Below, piece after piece: positions 30,438-38,763 of a DNA stretch of 64,000 nucleotides. Within the stretch, counting starts at the first letter, position 1; the number at the start of each line of letters is the position of its first letter. The stretch is from a virus, in the IMG/VR virus record IMGVR_UViG_3300030101_002520, positions 1 through 64,000 of that record, one strand, 5' to 3'. The notes beneath the pieces were generated by a model that saw nothing but the letters and a program-made list of their open reading frames with translations, was not told where the DNA came from and ran no database searches. The translations under genes and the position numbers were made by a program.

Positions 30438-33169
30438 TGTATAGTAAAGACGGATATAAAAGAAATAGCAAGGATAGAAATAATCCATTTAATATAATAC
30501 CATCAGGTAATATAACTATGGAGGATGTAGACTTTCCTGTGTTTGGTATGGATAACTTAGGTAATAGTAAACTTATGATGCCGGGTGCTAACTATCAATT
30601 TCCAGGTGATGAAGTTTTTGAAATGCCTTTACCACAATACCAAAGAGCAGGTGCACTAAAAACAATTTTAAACTTTTTTAAACCTGCAGTAAAAAAAGTT
30701 GATGATGTAGTAGACATTGCAAAAGTAGATGATATTATTGATCCTCTTAATATTAGAGAGATGCCTCCAGGTTTAAACATGCCTAGACAAAAAGACTGGT
30801 TATTTAAAAGACATACTAATGTTGATGATATAATGGAACCAATGGAGTTTCCAGGTAATGTAATTCGTAGTGGAGTACCAGTTCCTACTAAAATAAGTTG
30901 GTTTACTCCATCTTCAAGAGCTTATTCAGATTATGGTTCTATGACATTTCAAGGAAATATAGTTCCTAAAAATCCTCTTTATCTTGATAGAAATAGAATA
31001 TATAGTGAAGAGTTTATGAAAGATGTTATGAATAAAGGTTATGATGCTATTATAGTTAGAGGTAGAGTTAATAATACAGGACCTCTTGTAGATGATATAA
31101 GATATGCAAAAGAAGTTATTCCTTTAAATAAAGATCTTATTAAAAATTTAGAAAGGATAAGAGAGTATGGCGGTTCATTACCAAAATTTCAAAACGCTGG
31201 TGAGTATGATGAGGATGGATATAAGACTGTGACATATGGTGCTAATAAAAAGAAATATCAAGATACAGGTGATTGGTCAGAGTATGAACCTTATGAAACA
31301 TATAGTGGTCAAACATATAGAAAAAGAACATATGAATTAAGCAGAGATGATTTAAGATATTTAGAATATAAAAAAAGTTTTCTTAAAGATGCTAATTATA
31401 GAACAGGTAAAAATAATGCTCCAAGAAATCTTACACAATTTATAAGAAATTCTAATAAAGCTTGGAGAGTACAAGAGATTATAAAAGATAATGGAGCAGT
31501 ACTATATCAATTACAATATCCAACTGAAACAGGTTTTAGAACATTTGCATCAGGTGATGCTAACTCAGGTCTTGCTAATTTAAATCCTGAGTATGTGCAA
31601 GGTTTAAAGAAAACAGGTAAAAAAGGTATTACTCAATTCAGTAGCTGGTTTGATATGGCACCACAAGAAAGAAAAGACTATGGATATAATGAGTGGTTTG
31701 ATCAAGGTTTTAAAAGAGATCTTAAAATTAATAAAGATGGAAAGACAAAAAGTGGCTGGAAATATTATGGTGAAAAAACACCTTTAACATATACATTAAG
31801 TGATGTAGAAGTACGTAAATTACCTAAATCAATAGTTCAAAAATACAATCTTGTTGGAAATGATAAAATAAAACTTAGTCCTACAACCGGAGAAATTTAT
31901 TTTATAACTGGAACTGGTAGTTTTAGAAATGTTGTTAATCAAAAGGATATGCAATGGTTTCAAAATCCAGGCAGATTAAAAGAATTAGCATATGATTCTA
32001 GATTTAATTACAAAGAAGATAATGTATTAGATTATTTAAACAATCCTGATTTCAGATATTTTGCTGATAGTCAAACAACTACTTTGGATCCTGTTAAACT
32101 AGATGGTTTACCTTCAGAAAAAAATATGTCTTTGCAAAAACCTAAACCTTATGAATCTACAGTTACTTTAGAACCTAAAACTTTAGATCAAATAGAAACA
32201 GAAAGAGAAGATGAGATAATAAAAAGAAGACCATATGAAGCTCCTGTTACTTTAGATCCAGTAGAATTTAAAGGCTTTTCTGATAAAGAAGAAAGTATAA
32301 AAAAATCTAATCCTTATGAATCTGCAATAACTTTAGATAAAAAAGAAATTGAAGAGATTCCTGTAGATGAGAGCTCTTTAATAGAAAGACGTAAGCAAGA
32401 AACACCAATTACATTAGATCCTATAAATGTAACTGGTATTGATTCAGATGGAACTATAACAACAGATGCATCAAAACAAAGGTTTGTTCCAAAGCCTGAC
32501 ATTCAAACAGATATGCCTGATATAGTTCTTACTCCTGAAATGGAAGAAAAAAGAGATAAAGCTAAAACTGTTGAAGATATTATGGGTAATCTTCAAGATG
32601 TTAGAGGTACAACAAAATATGTAAATAAATCTGCAAAGGCTATATTAGATGCAGTAAATAAAGAAGACTATACTGAAAAAGATTTATCAAGAGATTTAGG
32701 TATATTTGAAAAATATTATGGTCAAGAAAATTTAGGTTATCTAAAAGATATGTTAGATAAAACACAAGGTCCTAAAGCAAATAAAGGTATAGAAGTTTTA
32801 GAAGATGGAAAGTTTGATATAAAGATGAATAGGTTAAATTCTATTATTGATAAGTATGATGCAGATCAAGATCTTTCACCTGCTGAAATGGAATTATTAG
32901 AATCTTATGGTTTAATGTCTAAGACAGAACCAGAGGTGGAAGAAGTAAAAGAAACTGATTTAGTTATAGATAATAAGAAGTTTAGTTTAGATGATCAGAT
33001 TTATATTTATAATCAGTATTTAGATAGCGCATTTACAAGTGATGATGAAGAAAAAAGTGGTAATAAAATAGTTGATAAAATAAATAGAGTATATTATAAT
33101 CAAGCTAAGCAAAAAGATATACATGTGTATGACTTATTATTAGCTATGCAAACTGAGATGAGACAATAG
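30437..33169 (+). CDS. Putative virion cargo polyprotein: N-terminal IPSGNITM domain, ART-like domain, variable region, ~28-aa repeats
   Basis: TAATG-coupled to the muzzle; modules delimited by PQYQRAG / YGGSLPKFQNAG / PKANKG. Confidence 0.6.
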   Translation: MYSKDGYKRNSKDRNNPFNIIPSGNITMEDVDFPVFGMDNLGNSKLMMPGANYQFPGDEVFEMPLPQYQRAGALKTILNFFKPAVKKVDDVVDIAKVDDIIDPLNIREMPPGLNMPRQKDWLFKRHTNVDDIMEPMEFPGNVIRSGVPVPTKISWFTPSSRAYSDYGSMTFQGNIVPKNPLYLDRNRIYSEEFMKDVMNKGYDAIIVRGRVNNTGPLVDDIRYAKEVIPLNKDLIKNLERIREYGGSLPKFQNAGEYDEDGYKTVTYGANKKKYQDTGDWSEYEPYETYSGQTYRKRTYELSRDDLRYLEYKKSFLKDANYRTGKNNAPRNLTQFIRNSNKAWRVQEIIKDNGAVLYQLQYPTETGFRTFASGDANSGLANLNPEYVQGLKKTGKKGITQFSSWFDMAPQERKDYGYNEWFDQGFKRDLKINKDGKTKSGWKYYGEKTPLTYTLSDVEVRKLPKSIVQKYNLVGNDKIKLSPTTGEIYFITGTGSFRNVVNQKDMQWFQNPGRLKELAYDSRFNYKEDNVLDYLNNPDFRYFADSQTTTLDPVKLDGLPSEKNMSLQKPKPYESTVTLEPKTLDQIETEREDEIIKRRPYEAPVTLDPVEFKGFSDKEESIKKSNPYESAITLDKKEIEEIPVDESSLIERRKQETPITLDPINVTGIDSDGTITTDASKQRFVPKPDIQTDMPDIVLTPEMEEKRDKAKTVEDIMGNLQDVRGTTKYVNKSAKAILDAVNKEDYTEKDLSRDLGIFEKYYGQENLGYLKDMLDKTQGPKANKGIEVLEDGKFDIKMNRLNSIIDKYDADQDLSPAEMELLESYGLMSKTEPEVEEVKETDLVIDNKKFSLDDQIYIYNQYLDSAFTSDDEEKSGNKIVDKINRVYYNQAKQKDIHVYDLLLAMQTEMRQ
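32078..32440 (+). repeat. About five degenerate 27-28-aa repeats (PYE-x-x-[VI]-TL[DE]P-[VI])
   Basis: TTLDPVK, PYESTVTLEPK, PYEAPVTLDPVE, PYESAITLDKK, QETPITLDPINVTG. Confidence 0.8.
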
Positions 33170-33193
33170 CTATAATTAGATTATCTCCTTAAT

Positions 33194-33214
33194 ATTTAGT
33201 ATATTATTATATAG
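33194..33214 (+). promoter_or_regulatory. Putative late promoter TTTAG-TATATTATTATATAG
   Basis: Recurrent motif, nearly identical to 13285-13301. Confidence 0.55.
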
Positions 33215-33225
33215 ACTGTATTTTT

Positions 33226-36200
33226 ATGTATAAAAAGTTAAAAAAATATCAAAACGGCACAGGTATTATACCTACAGAGATTGATAAAACTTATGTTGCT
33301 CCTGAATATGCTTTTCCTGGTGCATATAGGGGTGTTGGTTCAGGGGAAAGATCAAAGTCTGAGATTGAACAAATGATGTATAGTATTTTTGGTCCGCCGC
33401 CTTCTACAGCAGAAGAGATGATGCAATTAACGGATGATATAGCTATGACAAACATTGATCTAAAAAGAGACATGAAAGGTGATAATAGTTTAACACGTGG
33501 TACAATTAATCTTTTAAAAGCAATAGGTAAAGGAATTGTTAGTAATCCGTTAGGTGTTTTTGTTGCAGAAAATATAGATGCAATACTTACTGATGAAGGT
33601 CCTACTGATTATCAAAAAGACTTTTTATTTCCTGGTGTATATGATGATAGAACACCAATTATTATGAACTATGGATCTGAGTTACGTAAGGCTCAAGAAG
33701 GTAATATTGAGGATGAACCTTTATATCAAAGTTTAAAAAACTATTTAGATGATCCTGAAAGAGCTAAGTTAGTTGCAGAGAATCCTTTACTACCTGCAGC
33801 TGAAGAATATATTTACGGTAATCTATTAAATCCACCACAGTTTATGGGAGATGATAGTATATCAATTGATTTAATGGCTGGAGATGATGGTGTAATTGAT
33901 GCTAATGACTTAACGCTTATAAAAAATGAATCTCAAAGAAATTTACAAAAAGCAGGTTATAATCCTGATAAGGTAAAAACTTTTAAAGAGTATGGGCAGG
34001 ATGCATTAAGATTTTTAGGCAATGTTGGTAGAGGTGCTAGAACTGCATTTGCTAGAAATCCGCTTGGTTTACTTTTAGCAAATACTGTTGGAGAAGCTTA
34101 TGATTATGCAACAACTGGTGAATTACCAGAGCCAAGTCCTTATATGCAAATGTTAACAGGTACATTTGGTCAGCCAGATGAAAATCAAATATATGCTTAT
34201 GGTGATGAGATTAGAGATCTTGTAACTCCACAAAAAAATCCTAATATACAAAATATATATGAAGGTGATGATAGATTTACTATATCTAAAATGGAAAGAG
34301 AGAAAGAGAAAACAGATAAGCTTTTTCAGGAACAACAAGAGTATTTATATGATGAGTCTGGATTTCTTAATCCAAACTTAGATTTATCTAAAAATCCATT
34401 AAGAAATAAAAAGTATACACTATACAATCCATATAGTGAAGATATGTTTTATGATCCTATGAATCCTACTAAATTATTTACTGAAACAGAGTATGGAGAG
34501 TATCAAGATGATATGACAACTACAAGAACTATAGCAGCTTTAAATCAAAGAGCTGACATGTATCCAGAATTATTTCAAAAGGTAACAGGTTTTGATCCTG
34601 AAACAAAAGAAATAACATATGCAGGAGATAAACTAGAAGGAGATTTATTTAGTGACGCAAATCCTGATTCTGCTTATTTACAATATACTACACCTGAAGG
34701 TGAAGAGTCAGGTAGTTTTACAGGTAGTTTAGTATCTGATGCAGAAGGTGATATAACAGCTCCTGTATATGATCCTTTTGATCAATATGAAAATGATGAA
34801 GGTACATATACTTTCATGGAAGCAGAGGCTAAATACGGTGGTATACCAAAATACCAAAGAGCAGGAACTATAAGGAGAATAATGAATTTTTTTAAAGGTG
34901 CAGATGATGTAGCTGATGTTGCAAAGACAGCTAATACCGGTGTTTCTAAGAATGAAATTTTACAAAAGTTTTTACAACAAGGTGATAATTTAGAGAATTA
35001 TAATGACATGATTACTAGAGGATTTAATATAGATTTAAATTCACCATTAAGTAGACAGGCTATTACAAATTATAAAACTAAGTTTCCTTTAAATTTTGGT
35101 GCATCAGATGAGCTTGCTGCAACTACCAAAGATTCTAAAGAAGTTATTGAGGCTCTTGGTTATGATGCAATAACAAAAAGAGCAAACCTTTTAGATGATT
35201 ATATTGCAAAAAATCCTGGTTACAAAACATCACCAGAAGATTTTACTTATTTAGGTAATAAGAGTGGTAGACAAATAGTATCTGTTGACACTCCTGTTGG
35301 AACACAATATTTTTATAAGTCTTCAGGTCTTGCTGGAAAAAAAGGATCAAAGGATATGTGGGTTCCATTAGAAGGATTTTTAGATGATACTTCAGGAATG
35401 GCAGTAAATAGATTGAAAGGAAATCCTGATTGGTTTATGAAAAGAGGATCAGTGGGAACATATAAAGGACAACCAATTGAAACAATAAGTTTTGCAGATA
35501 AAACTACTAAGGGTGTAAAACAACAGTTAATAGATATGGGTGTTGATCCTAATGAAGCTTTAAGATCTGGAGATCTTATATTAGATAAACCTGGCTGGGA
35601 TTTTGCATATACTACAAATCCTGATTCATTTTATAATAAATTGTCTAATCAGCTAGATAGAATAACACAAGAAAAAGGTTGGGGTGTTCTTGATAAAACA
35701 ACTAGAGCACATGGTGGACCACATACTGAAGAAGAGTGGGAAGAGTGGAGACAACAAAGAGAAAACTATCAACAAAATAATATGTCTAATGAATCCGTTG
35801 GTAATGAATTTAATTATTATGATAGTATAGCACCAGGTTCATATGATTCTAGTGTAATGGATAATATGTATTTTGCTGATCAGTTTCAAGAAAAAATAGA
35901 AGAAGACACTGATGATGAGTTTGAATTTGCTGATCCTAATAAACCAGTTATGAGTGTAAAGGATGAAGAGCGTAAACCAAGAGATTTTAACTTTAAACCA
36001 TTTGAAGCTTTAGTTACAGGATTAGGTGCAGTAAATCAAATGTTAGAAAACAGACCAAAAGATTTTTCTACTAACCAATTAGCAATGAATCAGTTTCAAG
36101 AAGACACAAGAAATAATAGAGGATTTTATGATGTTAATACTGGTATTTTAAATCCAGATAGAAATATTGTAGAAAGACAAGCTGCATATGGAGGTAGAAC

Positions 36201-36309
36201 TGATCAATTAAGAAATAGACAATATGATGATATTGATACTACAATAGAATTAGATGAAGGAACAATACAAGAACTAATAGCTGCTGGAGCAGAAATAGAT
36301 ATATTATAA
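33226..36309 (+). CDS. Putative virion cargo polyprotein with multiple GG-motif-delimited modules and a toxin-like domain
   Basis: KKYQNG, MNYGSELRKAQEG, YAYG, AKYGGIPKYQRAG, RAHGG and AAYGG motifs; C-terminal ELDEGTIQELIAAGAEIDIL. Confidence 0.55.
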   Translation: MYKKLKKYQNGTGIIPTEIDKTYVAPEYAFPGAYRGVGSGERSKSEIEQMMYSIFGPPPSTAEEMMQLTDDIAMTNIDLKRDMKGDNSLTRGTINLLKAIGKGIVSNPLGVFVAENIDAILTDEGPTDYQKDFLFPGVYDDRTPIIMNYGSELRKAQEGNIEDEPLYQSLKNYLDDPERAKLVAENPLLPAAEEYIYGNLLNPPQFMGDDSISIDLMAGDDGVIDANDLTLIKNESQRNLQKAGYNPDKVKTFKEYGQDALRFLGNVGRGARTAFARNPLGLLLANTVGEAYDYATTGELPEPSPYMQMLTGTFGQPDENQIYAYGDEIRDLVTPQKNPNIQNIYEGDDRFTISKMEREKEKTDKLFQEQQEYLYDESGFLNPNLDLSKNPLRNKKYTLYNPYSEDMFYDPMNPTKLFTETEYGEYQDDMTTTRTIAALNQRADMYPELFQKVTGFDPETKEITYAGDKLEGDLFSDANPDSAYLQYTTPEGEESGSFTGSLVSDAEGDITAPVYDPFDQYENDEGTYTFMEAEAKYGGIPKYQRAGTIRRIMNFFKGADDVADVAKTANTGVSKNEILQKFLQQGDNLENYNDMITRGFNIDLNSPLSRQAITNYKTKFPLNFGASDELAATTKDSKEVIEALGYDAITKRANLLDDYIAKNPGYKTSPEDFTYLGNKSGRQIVSVDTPVGTQYFYKSSGLAGKKGSKDMWVPLEGFLDDTSGMAVNRLKGNPDWFMKRGSVGTYKGQPIETISFADKTTKGVKQQLIDMGVDPNEALRSGDLILDKPGWDFAYTTNPDSFYNKLSNQLDRITQEKGWGVLDKTTRAHGGPHTEEEWEEWRQQRENYQQNNMSNESVGNEFNYYDSIAPGSYDSSVMDNMYFADQFQEKIEEDTDDEFEFADPNKPVMSVKDEERKPRDFNFKPFEALVTGLGAVNQMLENRPKDFSTNQLAMNQFQEDTRNNRGFYDVNTGILNPDRNIVERQAAYGGRTDQLRNRQYDDIDTTIELDEGTIQELIAAGAEIDIL

Positions 36310-36311
36310 TT

Positions 36312-38699
36312 ATGGGAAGAAAAGTAAAAATAAAAAGTTTACCAAAAGGCTTTATACTTAAAGATAATAAAATAATTAAAGAGTATGGAGGTTCTAAAAC
36401 TGGTGACCAAGTAGGATATGGTTTAACTACATTTCCTAAAACTAATGATGCTAATGGTATGGGTGATTCTACTAGCACATTTTTTCCATCTAAAAATGAG
36501 ACTAAATATACATTACAGCCAGATCCTAGAAAAGAATCTAATGTAGAAGCTGAAAAAAATGAAACAGTTCTTACAGATTTAAATTTTGATGGTGATTTTG
36601 AATTCTATAATATTGGAGGTAAAAGGCATAATCAAGGTGGTACACCTTTAAATTTACCAGAACAGTCATTTATATATTCAGATACTAGATCTATGAAGCT
36701 TACAAAAGATGAAATGTCAGAGCTTAATGTAGATTCTAAAAAAAGAATAACGCCAGCTAAAGTATCTAAAAATTTTGAGTTAAATAAATTTACTGAACTT
36801 TTAAATGATCCTTATGCTGATAAAATACAAAAGGATACAGCTGACTATATGTTAGATAAAAATAAAAATAAACTATCTCATTTAGCATTTGTACAAGAAG
36901 CAAAAAAAGATTTTGAAGAGGGTGTTCCTAAAGCAGCCTTTCCTTATTTAAAAAAGAAAGGAATTGATCCTATAAAGTATGCTGATATTATGGAAAAAAT
37001 AAATACACAACAAGAAGCACTAGCAGAAAAGATGGAGATGGGTCCTACAGATCAAGAAAAAACTCAAGTGCTTATGTCTTTTCTTCCAGGTAATGATCAA
37101 GAGTCTGCACCTCAAATGCAACAGCCTGCACCAATGCAACAAAATATGCCTATGAATAATCCTATGACTATGGCACAAGGTGGTACAGAAATAACAGACT
37201 TTGAAAAGAATTGGAATAGTTCTAAGTATGATGATTTAAAAGAAGAGTTTTATGCCCAGTATGCAGCCGTATTAGATAAAGATGAGTTAAGTGATGAAGA
37301 GAAGACAGCAATAGATAAATTGCTAATTCAAGATACTCAGATGAAAACTTTAATGCATGATAATTTTGAAAGTGATTATTTTACAGGAAAAGATTGGGAT
37401 GCAGGGGGTGACCAAAGGAATGCAAGGTATAATGCTGCTGTACAAAAGTTAATTGATGATGGACTATACGAAGGTGAAGCATTAACGGAAGATCAAATTA
37501 AAGAAGTTCAGAATGCACATATTGTTTTAAATAATATGTCTGTTATGCCTGAGTATGAGAAACTTATGACCGATACTGGTTTAAATTTATTAGGCCCTGA
37601 ACAAAAAGGTAATCTTGGTTCTAATCAAACTTTATCTAGATCTGATGGTGTTGCTGGTGATAATTTTATAAATACATTCCCTACAACTAAGACTACTATT
37701 ACACCTGATGAAAATACTCCTAAGATAAATTTACCTGTTGGTGATGAGTATGTTCAGCCAGATCCTGGCTATTGGTTGCAGGATAATATGAACTTATTAG
37801 GATCTATAATGGACAAGTTTACTATTAAGAAAAGAGGTCCTGTATTATCACAATACCAACCTGAGTATATTGATGCAATGTATCTTAGCCCTACAAGACA
37901 GTTTGCAAAGATAGGTGAGATGGCTGCTCAAGCTACAAAAGCAGCTACAACATTTGCTGGTCCTCAAAGAGCTTTAGCAGTAGCTAGTAAAGTTCAAGGA
38001 GAAGCAATGAAGCAACTTGCAAATGTACAAGCTGATACTGATAATAAAAACTTAGCAATATTTACAGATGTAGATGGTAAAAATACTGTTATAAGAAATC
38101 AGTTTGAAGAGATGAATAAAAGAGCATTATCTGATTTCTATGATAAGACACAGTTAACAGAAGAAAATTATGATACTGCTATAAGGAATGCAAATCAAGC
38201 AATTGGTAGACAATTAGTAGCAAGAGAGACTAATAGAGCTATGACTAAGAACCTTAATACTTTATATCCTGCATTTGATATTGATCCTACAAAAGGAGGA
38301 GATATAAATATTCTAGACTATAACATGTTCTTTCCAACTGATGATGCTAGTGAAACAGCATATAATACTAAAGTAAATAGGATAAAACAATTAATTGATG
38401 ATGAAGTAATAGATAAAGTAACGGGTGATAAGTTATTATTAGATTTAATTAATACGGATCTTAATGCTCCTAAAGCAAATCCTTATGAGAATACTATTTT
38501 AAATCAGATGAATTATCCTAGTTATGGTCAGTTTAATCAGTTTACAAATCCTCTTATGCAGCAACTTGCTATGTTGAATCAAATGAATCAACAAAATAGA
38601 AGAAGTCCATATGGGGAAGAAGGTATGGAAGTAGGATATGTGCCAGTTAATCCTTTTACGTTAAGAAGACCTAAGAGAAAATTGGTTGATTTGGATTAA
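36312..38699 (+). CDS. Virion cargo/ejection protein with NVEAEKNE...GGKRHNQGG...FIYSD domain and helical C-terminus
   Basis: Position among the cargo genes; KEYGG and MAQGG motifs; A/Q/N-rich coiled-coil C-terminal half. Confidence 0.55.
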   Translation: MGRKVKIKSLPKGFILKDNKIIKEYGGSKTGDQVGYGLTTFPKTNDANGMGDSTSTFFPSKNETKYTLQPDPRKESNVEAEKNETVLTDLNFDGDFEFYNIGGKRHNQGGTPLNLPEQSFIYSDTRSMKLTKDEMSELNVDSKKRITPAKVSKNFELNKFTELLNDPYADKIQKDTADYMLDKNKNKLSHLAFVQEAKKDFEEGVPKAAFPYLKKKGIDPIKYADIMEKINTQQEALAEKMEMGPTDQEKTQVLMSFLPGNDQESAPQMQQPAPMQQNMPMNNPMTMAQGGTEITDFEKNWNSSKYDDLKEEFYAQYAAVLDKDELSDEEKTAIDKLLIQDTQMKTLMHDNFESDYFTGKDWDAGGDQRNARYNAAVQKLIDDGLYEGEALTEDQIKEVQNAHIVLNNMSVMPEYEKLMTDTGLNLLGPEQKGNLGSNQTLSRSDGVAGDNFINTFPTTKTTITPDENTPKINLPVGDEYVQPDPGYWLQDNMNLLGSIMDKFTIKKRGPVLSQYQPEYIDAMYLSPTRQFAKIGEMAAQATKAATTFAGPQRALAVASKVQGEAMKQLANVQADTDNKNLAIFTDVDGKNTVIRNQFEEMNKRALSDFYDKTQLTEENYDTAIRNANQAIGRQLVARETNRAMTKNLNTLYPAFDIDPTKGGDINILDYNMFFPTDDASETAYNTKVNRIKQLIDDEVIDKVTGDKLLLDLINTDLNAPKANPYENTILNQMNYPSYGQFNQFTNPLMQQLAMLNQMNQQNRRSPYGEEGMEVGYVPVNPFTLRRPKRKLVDLD

Positions 38700-38700
38700 T

Positions 38701-38759
38701 CTACACTTTAAAAGTGTAGTTTAATTAGTTTTAAAACTTAAAAAATTTTAGTATTTTTG
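38701..38759 (+). promoter_or_regulatory. Inverted repeat CTACACTT-TAA-AAGTGTAG followed by a TATTTTTG (TAnnTTTG) box 4 nt before ATG 38764
   Basis: Perfect 8-bp inverted repeat; exact Bacteroidota -7 consensus at 38752-38759. Confidence 0.5.
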
Positions 38760-38763
38760 ATAT

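Noticed and set aside
29241-32440. CRISPR array or DGR template/variable repeats
   Set aside because: The repeats are degenerate protein-level repeats within ORFs, with no constant nucleotide repeat-spacer pattern, no adenine-specific TR/VR pair and no reverse transcriptase in the window.
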